A stretch of 64,000 bases of DNA from Octopus vulgaris (Eukaryota). A program made the position numbers and the translations under genes. The stretch is taken from the NCBI GenBank assembly GCA_951406725.2, contig OX597817.1, forward strand, positions 45,632,001 through 45,696,000. The letters run 5' to 3'. Below are positions 14,554 to 27,272 of this stretch, piece by piece (position 1 is the stretch's first letter; the number at the start of each line of letters is the position of its first letter). The notes under the pieces are model-generated. The model was not told the DNA's origin. It worked only from the letters and a program-made list of their open reading frames with translations, and made no database searches.

Positions 14554-15623
14554 CTATCCATATGGTATATTTATATTCGACATTTTGAATTTAGCCGCGT
14601 GCCTACTTAAGTTCATTAGCTCACTTCTTTGATTCAAAGAATTATTGTCTTTGAATAAGATGTACATTTTCTCTAATAGACAAAGTTTGCACTTGAAATT
14701 ATTTTTGTATGCTCCATGCCTGTATGGTGCCGCCCTGTCAAGAATGCTCCATGTCACGTTGAAAGGTGGGGCTTCCTTTTCTTTTAGTTTCCAGACATAT
14801 TTTGCTAGGCTGGTCCTCTTCCTATTCTCTGTGTATTTAAATGAATTTTTATGAGAATAAAATCTTGTTTTAAATGAATTTTCTGAAGCCCCTGTGTATG
14901 TCTTGTATTCCGATGAGCCTTCCACTTGCACCTTAGCTCTGTAAACTACTCCTTTCACTAGACATTTCCCTTCTAACGGACAGGAGCGTTCGTTTTTGAA
15001 ATTGCATTTCTTAATGGGCTCGGCACCATGTCTAATCTCAATTAGCTTCCTATTATGTTGGCTAATGTAAGAGGCGAAATTTCTGCAACAAGAATAGCTA
15101 ACCTTCAGGGTTCTTCTATTAAATATCCTATAGAATTTATGACCCTGCTTAAAATGCTTAGATACTAATCTCAAAAATTCCTTACCTATATTAGTCTTTA
15201 CGGCCAAATTGAAAGCCGGGTTGAACCACAAAACTTTCCTGGTCCTAGTTCTTCGTGCAGCATTATTATCAGCATTAAGCTGGTTGAACTGGATCTTCTC
15301 AGAGAATCCACTATTCTTTAATGCGCTATCGTAATAAGGTGCAGCATTATGGAATGCTGCCTCGTCCGAAGAAATTGAAGATATTCTTCTACCTACATTG
15401 CTGACTAAGTTCCTAAAGATAACTGGTGGATGGTTCGAATCTTTGCTAATATACGATAGCTTTTCATTGGGCTTGCGGAAAGGTTTAAATCTATCCGATC
15501 TTACATTAAAATTTACGTTTAAAAAATCTACACTATTCAGGTTAGCATCTATCGTAACCCGTAAGCCCATCCTTTGAAAGAAAGCTATGAGGTCCTTCCT
15601 AAGTCTATCTGATTCATGGCCGT
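14554..15623 (-). pseudogene. Penelope-like RT C-terminal/thumb region plus GIY-YIG endonuclease, 5'-truncated
   Basis: Frame is open from the inversion junction: NGHESDRLRKDLIAFFQRMGLRVTIDANLNSVDFLNV. Includes CPLEGKCL, GVVYRA...YTG (GIY-YIG), FKTRFYSH, CKLCLLEK and LNQRSEL...RH. RT catalytic motifs are absent. Confidence 0.9.
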
Positions 15624-16360
15624 TTAGAATGTTGATATAAGTATGTGTATAGCTAAGGATATGTATTTGTAAGCATGCGTATCTGTGTATGTGTAAGTGA
15701 GAGTATGTTTGTGCTTAAGCACACATATACACGACTGTATGTATATGTATCCATTCGAACTTGTGTTTGTATACTTGTCTCCATATATGCCAATAATGCC
15801 GTTACACAGCTTGTATACATATTTTTTTCTTATTTCGTTTTTTTCCCACCCCTCCTTCGTTCCTTTTTCTTTCTCTTCCTTTCTTTTGTCCCCACCCTTA
15901 CTCAGTATATGAGAATCGCTACATAGATGATTTTTAACTTGCGTGCGAGATGGTTTGCGTGAATATATGTACACATGCATTTATGTGTATATTTATATTT
16001 ATATTCATACGTCTGTATATGTATGGTGTTTGCGCGCATCCTTTTGTGTATGTTGATATATATATCTACATCTTAATATAAATATGTATTGCAGTGTAAT
16101 ATTTATAACAGGTTTAATTGCATTAATTTATACTTTCTTCATTAACGTCAATATGTATTTTATCCAATGTAAGGTTTTTTGCTCGGATTTTATAATTTTT
16201 ATAATTTTTTTTATATATATACATATATTTTTGACCTTTTTGTTTATCGCTCGAAGATTGACCGTTTTTTTCTAAAGGGCCAATCAAACAAGTCCATTTC
16301 TTTTTAAAGGTGTTGCGTTTGTAAGAGTATAGATTGAATTGATATATCGGTTCAATTCTA

Positions 16361-16412
16361 GCAAAAACTGTCTGATGAACGGCAACGAGAAACTCAGAGT
16401 AACAGATTTTGT
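16361..16412 (+). ncRNA. Minimal type I hammerhead ribozyme in pseudo-LTR (stem II degenerate)
   Basis: aaaactgt-CTGATGA-acg gcaa cga-GAAA-ctcagag-TA-acagatttt. Stem I ctgt/acag, short stem III, GUA cleavage triplet. Such minimal hammerheads are established features of Penelope pLTRs. Confidence 0.75.
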
Positions 16413-16508
16413 TGAATTTTCTGCTGCTTAAAATAAAGCATATTACTCTACCACTGGTATTTGAGTACTCTTTTTTCCACCTTGTTTCACATTTATGTGT
16501 TTACTCCG

Positions 16509-16572
<64 letters not shown>

Positions 16573-16577
16573 AGAAC

Positions 16578-16648
<71 letters not shown>

Positions 16649-17180
16649 GAAACCACACGGTTCTCGGTTCAGTCCGACTGCGTGGCACCTGGGGCACGTG
16701 TCTTCTGCTATAGCCTTGGACCAACCAAATGCTTGTCAGTGTGAGTGTTTGTCCCTTCTTTAACAAGCCTCTCAACAAACTAACAGGTAAGTTCCACATC
16801 GAATTAGTATGTCCACTGCACAATTTTGAGGGTAATTTTCCTTAACTATTTTCTAAACTTAGTAATTTTCTGTATCCTTATAAATCGAATGTTAAGTGTC
16901 TGCATTGTATGATATTGCATTAAATATATTTAAATTCGTTTCACCCATAACACCTCTTCAAATTATGCTACTGACCTTGCCTTATTGCATTCCAGATTAA
17001 TATTGCAAGAAGCTCGTTCATTATCATAAACAAGGTTTATAGATGTTGGGATTGTTTTAGTTTTTCATATACGTTTCCGTTTGACTTTACCTCGGTATAA
17101 ATGACTACGCATAATCCCTCGTTATGTCAGCTTTCCTACACATTAATTATAAAAAACTGATAACTGCAAAAACCAAGCAA

Positions 17181-17876
17181 GTATAGTCCGACCTTGAGTA
17201 TAATACGCAGGGGAATTTTAAGAGTCTGTGCTTCTGGAAATCCTAAACCTTGTGTATAATACGCACCCCTTCTCTAATTTGAGTCGTGCGTAATTAGGCC
17301 AGCAGCACCTAGTCGAACAAACACTTCCGCGCATGCGTAATACAATAATGGTGATGTTCTTAACTGTTATATGGGATGTAAATGTTTGCAAATTGTGTTT
17401 GTTACATGTTATTCTGTGTTCTGAATACTTTTATTCATGGCTTTCAGGCTTAGCTTAAGGTATTTTCTTATGCATACATATATGCATACATATATGCGCG
17501 TACACCCACACACAAACACACACATATATAGATATATAGATATATTCATATTCATGGATATACTTTTGTGTAAACATATAGAAAATCAATGATACACAGT
17601 CTACATTTTCAAAGCTAGATGTATACATTGTGTGTGTGTATGTGTGTGTGGGGTGTGTGTATACATTAGATTTTGTACTCGTGGTAAAAACATTTTGCAT
17701 ACGGATATCTGTACATAAATTCTTTAATTTGCTAAAAAAATACATATAAACGATACAGAACTAGCGACAAATGAAAATTTAGAATATTTAGGAGCATAAA
17801 ACACAATATATTTAATGTCGCTATTTAGGTATATATATATATATATATATACATACATACACACACACACACACAT

Positions 17877-17970
<94 letters not shown>

Positions 17971-18206
17971 GTCAAGTTAATATATGCATACATTATATGA
18001 CTATAAAAATCTATAACGATAAAAGTGATTAAGCGTAGGCGTAGGCTTAAGATTGCATCGGAATAAACATTGCTGGACAGCAAATAGAGACTCGCGCATT
18101 GCATAGAAAATATTTTTCATTTTTAACCTCGTATATAGAACGCACTAGGGATTGTGACCTTTAAATTTTGGGAAAAAATTCGGATTATACTCGAGGATTT
18201 ACGGTA
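17181..18206. mobile_element. Probable pogo/Tigger-like non-autonomous DNA element
   Basis: Right end cggattatactcgaggatttacggta reverse-complements to taccgtaaatcctcgagtataatccg. Degenerate left counterpart ccttgagtataatacgc at ~17192; interior expanded by microsatellites. Confidence 0.45.
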
Positions 18207-18946
18207 TGAGGGCGCCTACCTATTAGAAATAGCAGCAGAATATCTCTTCAGTTGAACACACTCATTGAGTAATCTAGTAATATGTTGCTGAAAGTAAGTG
18301 AGAAAGCAACCGAAATAGCTTCGACCGCTTGAGTAGATCTAAGCATTAAATTTCACAGCAAATATATGAGATTTGGCTTATTCTTATACACCTCCCCACA
18401 AAAGGAGACAGCATGTTCTCTTCGTGGTCTTCATCGTGGTATGAATATATTTGGAGTCAGATGCTTTGGAGGGTGATATTTACGAGTTTCGACAAATAAT
18501 TTGCAATGCATCTACTTCAATGTTTAAAGACGGTGAAATACATGACGATAGACTTAATATCATTATACAACACAATCAATAGAAATTGTTCACATTACAT
18601 AGCACATCGTATGTCTAAATGCAACATTTAATATTTGATCCATAAGATGGAATATTAATCAATTCCTAGAATGTATCAATTAAAAATAATTCAATGGAGT
18701 TAATCAGTTCATTTTACACCATGTTCAATTCAACGTGCCAGTTCATTGACTTACAATGTCAGAAACACCAGGGGTTGTAGCGCGGCACACTCAAGCATTT
18801 ACATCCGTGTCCTTCATTCATTGAATGCTCGGTGAATGCTTACTTAGTACAGTGGCTTCCAACAGTGGTTGCTAACCCTTTTATTTAAATGAGTTCTCCC
18901 ACTGTACCCTATTAAAAGGCTTATCCTTATGATTATATATATATAT

Positions 18947-19112
18947 ATGCTTAAAGCCCTCCTCTTCACTAAGACAACCTGGGGTCTGCAAGGGCAGTAC
19001 TGGGAGCCTTGAACTAAATTCAAAATTTCGTGTATGTATATATATATATATATCTTTATATGTATGTGTGTATATATGTATATATATATATGCATATATA
19101 TATATACATACA

Positions 19113-19176
<64 letters not shown>

Positions 19177-19302
19177 CATACATATATATACACATATATA
19201 TATACACATATGTATACACGAAAATTGAATTTAGTTCAAGGATCCCCAGTGATGCCCTTGCAGACCCAAGATTGTCTTAGTGAAAGGGAGGACTTTTAGC
19301 AT
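18947..19302. repeat. Inverted repeat (~85-bp arms) around a TA-rich microsatellite
   Basis: tcactaagacaacctggggtctgcaagggcagtactgggagccttgaactaaattcaa versus ttgaatttagttcaaggatccccagtgatgcccttgcagacccaagattgtcttagtga. Confidence 0.9.
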
Positions 19303-19834
19303 GTATCTGTTGTCATGAGACTCAACTGGGCGAGAGTATGCATTCCTTTGCCAGAAAGAAGTAATTCCAAGATTTCTGTTTTTATTTTATTGTTTCCAAG
19401 TAGATACCTTTCTGTTTCAGATATTTTATTTAAGTCCTGTACCTTAGTTTATCGGGCCTGGATGGATAAACAGTAAAAGCTCTGACTATAGTGGGATTTG
19501 GAAATAGAACGTAAATGGCCGTAACGAAATTGCACATGTCATTTTGTACAGCAATCTACGAATTCTACTAATCTTCCTTCCTGAGGATGTTATTAATAAG
19601 GACGATAAATGTGAGTGAGGAAAATTGCTGTTAATGTTTATTAAATGCAGAATGTCAACGAAAATTGATGTACACAGAAATCATCTACAGTTGGTAGACA
19701 AAATAGAGTAAATACATTCCATCTGACCTATGCACCCCACGAATGAAACCGTCATACATACATTCAAATAATACAAATATAGACATAGGCTCATACACAT
19801 ATGCACACACACATATTTTTATACACATGAACTA

Positions 19835-20410
19835 AGTGTGTTCGGATTAAATTTGAGAGCTTCCATAAAAGGCAATAAAAAGGCAATATCTCATACGAAA
19901 ATAAATATACTTTCAAAAATGAAAATAAACTATGATCAAGATTATGGCCGGCAGATGACGATTTACTGAAATTAGCCACCCTCAGATTTCATCACAGACT
20001 CCAGGCATCTCCAGAACATGATGTATGCGTTACTCTCTCTGTCCGTGAAAGATCTTCGAACACCTCTTTTAGCTTTGCCACCAACTCGGCCTTCGTGTTA
20101 TAGGCAGAGCGATTGGTGTCCCTATGAACCGCGCCCCGTACTTAGTATACATAGAATTCACATCGGGAAAATTAGGAATCCAGAAACTGGGGTTGTTGAA
20201 GTCGTAAAAATTTCACAATGACATTTTTAAACTCTTTCCGGAGGTATAGCAAGCAGTCAAATCCTGCTGCCATGTAAATGGCCTTTCAGTAGCAATCATA
20301 TCTTTCTAGAGTTTGACTAGTCTCCATAGCTTTACGTAGTCGTCTCAATGAAGCTTTAGGTCTTGTTCAATAGCATCATATTTTGGAGGAACTTGGTGTC
20401 CCTGATGTCA
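19835..20410 (-). mobile_element. Decayed Tc1/mariner-superfamily (maT/DD37D-like) transposase fragment
   Basis: Minus-strand relics RPFTWQQD, NFYDFNNPSFWIPNFPD (cf. WPPNSPD) and NTKAELVAKLKEVFEDL; contains stops and frameshifts. Confidence 0.7.
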
Positions 20411-20537
20411 CGTCTTACAACCACTAGGATTCACACAGTGCATTTGACTGATGTAATGATGTCGGAAAAATACAGGTAATTCTTTTAAATATTCAGATTG
20501 CTTCTTATTCTTCATCGCCTCTAACAATTTCTCAAAT

Positions 20538-21176
20538 TTGTTGGCATCCTTTTTGTCTCGGGAGACAATGGAGTTGCGCATAAAGTAGTCTAGTCCGGCT
20601 TTTACATTTCATGTCCTGATACATTTCCTGCTGTGGCTGTGTAGTCCTATCCTGGACAAACACTCCCTCTGGCAGGTACCGCAAATGTAGCGAAGACTGT
20701 TCCTGGCTGGTTGTAATGCCATAGTTTCTTGTTGACGTCTTTTCCTGTCTTTCCATTTCTGCTCTCTCTCTCTCTGCCACTCCTTTGTATTCCTTCTCTT
20801 ACGGTATGTCGCCAGTCTCCACGGTTGCCGGCAACTGCCTCCCAACCGCTAATATTGATGTTGCAGGCCTTCATGTCCCTTTTGCAAACATCCTTGTAAC
20901 GTAAGAGCGGTCTACCCACAGACCTAGTACCCCTAGCAAGCTCTCCGTAGAGCATGTCCTTGGGGATACTGCCATCTTTCATACGGCTAACATGCCCAAG
21001 CCATCTCATACGTCTTGTGTGAGGAGTGCAAACATGTTTGGTATTCCTGCTTGCCTGAGGACATCTTTGTTGGGGATATGGTTCTGCCATTTGATGCGGA
21101 GGATTTTCCAGAGGCAGCGCAGGTGAAAGATGTTTAGGCGACGCTCTTGGCGTGTGTATAGCGTCCAAGTCTTACC
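20538..21176 (-). mobile_element. RTE-clade LINE 3' fragment
   Basis: TWTLYTRQERRLNIFHLRCL, RMRWLGHVSRM, LYGEL...GRPLLRYKD, terminal CGTCQRECLSRIGLHSH; 3' end ccattgtctcccgagacaaaaaggatgccaacaa. Confidence 0.9.
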
Positions 21177-21351
21177 GTTAATATTCATGATCCCTATATA
21201 TCAAGCTCTTCCTGAAAGAATGGAGCATGAAGATCATCCCATTTAGCCCGAAAACAATGTACATATAGTACCTACATACACACACACACACACATATATC
21301 CAGGGAAGAATACATATCTATCTATATATCTATATAAATGTATATATATAT

Positions 21352-21393
<42 letters not shown>

Positions 21394-21488
21394 GTGTATA
21401 TACTGATAGAAATGGCAGGACAGAAAATAATGAAAGAGATCTCGATATTATGTAAATAGAGGAATTTATATGTAAGTATAATATAATA

Positions 21489-21529
<41 letters not shown>

Positions 21530-21531
<2 letters not shown>

Positions 21532-22245
21532 AACGACGGTGAGTCAAAATTTTTTCGCTTACTTGACTTTTCAATGCATATACAAAAATCAGTGGATAAA
21601 CAAGTACGTTATTGTTCTGAATAGTCTCCTTCATACTCCTTGCACTTGGTCCAGCGGTCCACAAGTGTGCGTATTCCTTCGAAGTAGTTCTTCGGTTGGT
21701 CGTGCAACTATGTATAGATCGCTTCCTTCACATCTTCATCTGTAGGAAATTGACGACCTCGTAAACCGCTTTTGAGTGGTCTAAGTATATGATAGTCAGA
21801 AGTGGTGAAATCTGGGCTGTAGGCAGGGTACTCCAACACCCCCAGACCAAATTTGTTAACGGTTTCAAACAGTCTGGGTGGTCGCGTGTGGGCGTGCGTT
21901 GCTATGCAACAACAAAACTTTCTTCGACAATAGGCCTCGGTGTTTGGTACTAATTGCAGGCTACAATTTGTTGACCAACAAAGCACTGTATCTTGCACTT
22001 TTGATCGTACACCCTTTTCCAGGCAGTCTTCCAGTATAGCTCTTTTTGAGTCCCAAAGAAGGCTTAGCGTCACCTTTCCCTTGGAAGACTGGGTCTTGAA
22101 TACCTTTGTCGCGGGCGAGCCAAGATGTTTCCAACCCATACGCCGTGTTTTGGATTCTGCATCATAATGATGGACACAAATTTCTTCGGAAAATTTGCAG
22201 TCAATTACCTGGCCCTCTACTACTATGTGATATTAATATTCAGAT

Positions 22246-22343
<98 letters not shown>

Positions 22344-23100
22344 GTAATGATGATGTGACGTCTCACAGCCTTTACGATTCTGCTGTAATGATGTCGGCAA
22401 AATACAGGTAACTCTTTTCGAATATTCAGATTGCTTCTTGCTCTCCATCGCCGCTAACTTCTCAACTACAATGTTAATATTTATGATCCCTATATATCAA
22501 GCTCTTCCTGCTTGTTCTTATCCTTATAGCGATTGTCTAAACGTTGGCAGACTTCAAGAAGTTTGCGCTTGTGCTCTGCAACAAGCTCTTTCAGCACCCA
22601 TTTAGCACAGACTTTATCGAAACCGAGCTCATCGTGGATGATTTGATAGGCAGAACCTTGACTAATCTGCAGAGAATGAGCTACCTCATCGATGATAACT
22701 CACTGGTTCACCATTACCATATCTCAAGCATGCTGAATATTCTCCTCACTGGTGGGGGTTGACGATCGTCCTGTCCCCTCTTCGTGCATCACGATTGTCC
22801 GGCCTTCTTTTACACTTCTCGATCCACTGTGCGATTGCCTCGCATTGTGCTAAAAACCTCCGAAGAATTTCAGCACGTGACACCTTCCGATTAGTGATCT
22901 TTGTTCTTCTTTGGTGCAGATTGCAAGTGGAGTGGTCAGTCTTACATTGTAAAGCCAGAACGAAAAATGGTGCGACCAGGCTCAAACGTCAATCACGTGA
23001 CCATGTTATTACCACCTATAAGCATGCATGCGATGACGTAAGTATGACCATACTAAAGATATGTTATGGTAAAACTGCGAATAACGTGTGTCTTCCCCTC

Positions 23101-23101
<1 letters not shown>
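21530..23101 (-). mobile_element. Decayed mariner transposon interrupted by a ~340-bp insert (~22170-22510)
   Basis: LEYPAYSPDFTTSDYHILRPLKSGLRGRQF motif in 21708-22139; N-terminal HTH-region relic in 22746-22985; weakly matching ends; flanked by (TA)n. Confidence 0.8.
22250..22353. repeat. (AAT)n microsatellite
   Basis: Directly visible. The ~70 bp preceding it is similar to the sequence preceding the (AAT/AAC)n tract at 26132-26223. Confidence 0.95.
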
Positions 23102-23158
<57 letters not shown>

Positions 23159-23161
<3 letters not shown>

Positions 23162-23448
23162 CAGTTATCGCGAAACTAATATGGCAGTCCATAAATATAA
23201 GACTAAAGCTCCAAGAGGCCATCGCCTCTAGCTACCTATATGACACATGAATCTGTGTCAATTATAACCTTCGAACAGGGGAGGTCAGCCGCTTCCCCTT
23301 GCTGGTCAGACACCGGCAGACATGTTTCAGGGTATTTGCCCTTTAACAATGCAGAGTAGCTAAACCCAGCAGGCGGCACTGCCGACCGTCTGTTCGAAGG
23401 ATTATTTACCTGATTTCAGTGGAATACATCCACTGGTTTTCAAAATTA

Positions 23449-23456
<8 letters not shown>
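23159..23456 (-). mobile_element. Small structured element with degenerate hammerhead (Penelope pLTR/retrozyme-like)
   Basis: Minus strand gca-ttgttaa-aggg caaata ccct-GAAA-catg-TC-tgc, enclosed by inverted repeat ccttcgaacag/ctgttcgaagg; sits between two (TA)n tracts. Confidence 0.55.
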
Positions 23457-23506
<50 letters not shown>

Positions 23507-23665
23507 ATGTATGTATGTATGTATGTATGTATGTATGTATGTATGTATGTATGTATGTATGTATGTATGTATGTATTTATGTGTATGTCTGTATGGATGT
23601 ATGCATGTACGTATGCATGAACGTATATGTGGATTGTATCATTAATTCAAAGCTCATATCGTATA

Positions 23666-23873
23666 CAATTGCAGCGTGGAAGGTGTTTATAAGCCATTTA
23701 AGAAACACACAAAACCGTTAGATTCACCTCAACATTTAAATTTAATTTGTCAAAATATTTTCGTCGCTTTGAGACAGCGACCTGTTCACTGACAAAACTT
23801 CGTGCTGCATTGTTTTCGTTCCAGCACAAGACCTCAGATCAAGTCACTTGCTATGCAAGTACATCTCCGTAAT
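23666..23873. mobile_element. ~205-bp retroposed element, copy 1 (internally inverted relative to copy 2)
   Basis: Homologous to 39675-39878; TSD tcatatcg(t/c)ata at 23654-23665 and 23874-23885. Confidence 0.75.
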
Positions 23874-24406
23874 TCATATCGCATAGTTCCCTCACGTTGA
23901 TTCCTCTCAAGTATTAGATTAATGGCACACATGTAAGTAGAGTACCCAGTCACGTACGCTCGCATTCGAGGATTATAGTTCAGTTACAAATAGAACAACA
24001 CTCTGTGTGCAAATTTATATTTCTACATCTCTGAGTTTATGAGCGTCATTGTAATATACTGATTAAGTGTGATTAATGGCACTTGTGCATTAAGAGAGGA
24101 AGACGTCTTCAACCAAAAGAAAACACAGGGTATCTATAGTAACCTGGCAATGACGTCATTGTGAGACAATATTCATAATAAATGGTCGCATAGAAAATAG
24201 ATACTATATGGTGTGTCGCATAGAAATATCTCATTTGTTCTTTGGTAGTATGTGACTGCGTGTTTCCATCGCTATGCTTCTGTATATTTCCATTATAATG
24301 CAGTGCATGCATAAATGTATGTACATCGTATTATATATCTATTAATCTACCTATCTGTCTATTTGTCTCACTTTCAGTATATATATATATATATATGTAA
24401 TATATG

Positions 24407-24444
<38 letters not shown>

Positions 24445-24595
24445 TAGATAGATACAGATGTAGATATATAGATATATGTATGTGTATGTATGTATATGGA
24501 TATATATATATACATGCATGTATATAAATATATATATATATACTTACAAATATATATATGCATATATATATATATATGTGTATATATATATGTGT

Positions 24596-24641
<46 letters not shown>

Positions 24642-24671
24642 ATATATATATATATATAAATATATATATAA

Positions 24672-24984
24672 GCATTCCGTCGGTTGCGACGACGAGGGTC
24701 CCAGCTGATACGATCAACGGAACAGTTTACTCGTGAAATTAACGTGCAAGTGGCTGAGCACTCCACAGCCACGTTTACACCCAACGTAGTTCTCGGGAGA
24801 TTAAGCGTTACACAGAGTGTGACAAGGGTGGCCCTTTGAAATACAAGTACTACTAATCTTTGCCAGCTGGAGCAACGTGAAATAAACTTTACTGCTCAAG
24901 GACACACCGCGCCGCCGTGAATTGAACTCACGACCTTACGATCATGAACCGAATGGCACTAACCACTAGTCCATGCGCCTTCAC
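24672..24984 (-). mobile_element. tRNA-derived SINE (local family D)
   Basis: Minus-strand head ggcgcatggactagtggttag...gagttcaattc; shares gtggctgagcactccacag and cacagagtgtgacaagg blocks with 36122-36647. Confidence 0.7.
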
Positions 24985-24987
24985 ACA

Positions 24988-25032
<45 letters not shown>

Positions 25033-25134
25033 ATAAAAACGGTAAGATAACAAAGGAAAGAAAGAGACCTCGATATTATATAGATAGAGGAAATTATCTG
25101 TAAATGTAATAATTATCATATGTTACATTTACAG

Positions 25135-25185
<51 letters not shown>

Positions 25186-26716
25186 GAGATAGATATATAA
25201 TGTAGTATATAGATATCAGTGTATGCTTGTGTATGTGTGAGTTTATCAACGTATTCTTGTAGATATTTCTCAATGTGTATCGAGGCAATACACAGGCGTG
25301 TACTCCATTTATTGTGTGTTTATAAGCCTGTCTAAGTTTGATCAAACTTTTATGAGCATAAGTCAATATCACATTCAGCGAAATATGTGCATGATGACTA
25401 GGTATGAATATATACCTCAAACATATATTTATAAACACAGCATTTGTCTATATATCTAACATACTAACAACTACGCAATTTTTGTTATGCGCATAGGCGT
25501 AAATAACTCTTTCCATATATTCTACTGTACATTTAACTGTTTTGCGTGTAATTTCTTCTATACGTAGTACTGTATGTGTTTGTATTTTGTACATGTAGAT
25601 AGGTTTGGCGGATTTTTATATAAAAATAATTAGAGGCAGTTATATGTTTCATTCAAAGGAACTACTTGTATATTGTCGTATGCTTCATTCACAAATCCCT
25701 ACGCCTCCTTCCCGTGCTGCTATTTCTCAACAATAGTGACAGCACAGGTTGTCGTAATAATAAGCACATTTCCCATGATCGACATAAACAAACGACAACA
25801 TCATTCTACAGCAGCATTGTTATTATCAGTATCCTCCGAATTCTCATTGTTATTATTCCTAATAGCAAGTGTATTGTCGTCATCGTCAATAGCGCGAACG
25901 TCATATCTGTGGTTACGAAAATAAATTCCAAATCTTTGGTAATGAATAGAATAACGTTAATAATTAGAAAAATGATAATATTGATAATAAAATCTTCCAT
26001 AATCATATAGAAAGATATTATGTATGTGGAAATTGTATCTATGTATGCACAAAACAAAATATTTCGTGGGAAAATGTACAGTCGATTACCAGAAACCTCT
26101 CCTACTATATGATATTAATGTTCAGATCCTCAATAATAATAATAATAATAATAACAACAACAAAGACAAAAACAACAACAACAACAACAACAATAATAAT
26201 AACAACAATAATAATAATAATAAATGCCCTGGTGCATTGCCAGGCAGTGGCTCTCGTGGCTTCTGATCTTAACTGATTGGAAGTGTTATCATGTACATTG
26301 TTTTGTCTTGGTATAAAAGATGGCCTACAGCAAATATTCTGCTCAATACCAGAGATTTGCTTGACCTTAACCAGCCGAGCATGTCGCTTAGTGGCTGATG
26401 ATATGTACATCTCTGATCACGAGCAGAAGTAGTGGGGGAGCATCATAGCCTTGTTTTGAGAGGGATTCTTTGGGGTTTGAATAATTCACCTCTGGAAACA
26501 TGGGTGTCCCGTTCAACGTCCTTAAACAACCCTTATTCAGGGACTTTTTCAGCAGGATGGGTTACTCGACCAGAAGAAAATTCTAACTGGGCCTCACCTG
26601 CAAGGTCATACGCTGTTTATCTCGATATGAAGTCACCATGTCGCGCACATATTTCTGTGATGCATGTGCCTAGTGTACCCTTATCATCTGGGTAGTCATG
26701 ATGGGTGTACTGGGCT

Positions 26717-27272
26717 TCGTATATTTGCGGAAAATTCACAGAGACAATTGATCATATTGTTTTGGGTTGCCCAGTCCTCGGTGAAAATGAATATCTTATA
26801 AGGCATGACAGACTAGGGCAGTACATCCACTGGAATGCTTTTAATTAGTAGAAAATTAAATGCCAGGGTAAGTGGTGCATGCACCATCCAGAGGATGTAG
26901 TAAATGGCGCGGGAATCACCACACTTTGGAACTTCCCAATAAAAACACAGAAAAATTGACTCCAATCGACCAAGCAATGTAATCAAGGACTACAGCAGAG
27001 GAACTTGTCTGTTAATAGATAAGTCTGTCCCACAGAAACGAATACGAAAATCTGTCTCACTATACATATCAGCAAATTGAAATCACAAAAATGTGAAAAT
27101 GTAGTACTACGATAATACCAGTAATAATTGGTGCGTTAGGAATGTTAAAGAAGGGAGCTGAGAAGTAGAGGTTTATCAAGCAACTCCCTGGTAACTCCCG
27201 TCTCCTTGAACTACAAAAGATAACCTAGTATATGGGTGTAGCCCATATACTACGGAAAGCATTCTCCATCTA
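26717..27272 (+). mobile_element. Dong/R4-clade LINE 3' fragment (zinc knuckle plus restriction-like endonuclease)
   Basis: CGKFTETIDHIVLGCPVLGENEYLIRHDRLGQYIHW; TLWNFPI...NRP..VIKD..RGTCLLID; IPVIIGALGMLKKG; ELQKIT...AHILRKAFSI*. Confidence 0.85.

Larger units (their letters stand above)
13499..16510 (-). mobile_element. 5'-truncated Penelope-like retroelement (Naiad-like) with inverted pseudo-LTR
   Basis: RT C-terminus plus GIY-YIG ORF; arms 13499-14217 and 15624-16438 are inverted copies; hammerhead motif in the right arm; both ends abut (TA)n. Confidence 0.9.

Noticed and set aside
14554-15623. Selenocysteine recoding in the Naiad-like ORF
   Set aside because: No in-frame UGA in the retained region; the altered Cys codons are TTC and AGT.
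26222-26716. GC-richer ~500-bp segment next to the (AAT/AAC)n tract
   Set aside because: Probably a repeat, but it is single-copy in this window with no diagnostic motif, so it was left unclassified.
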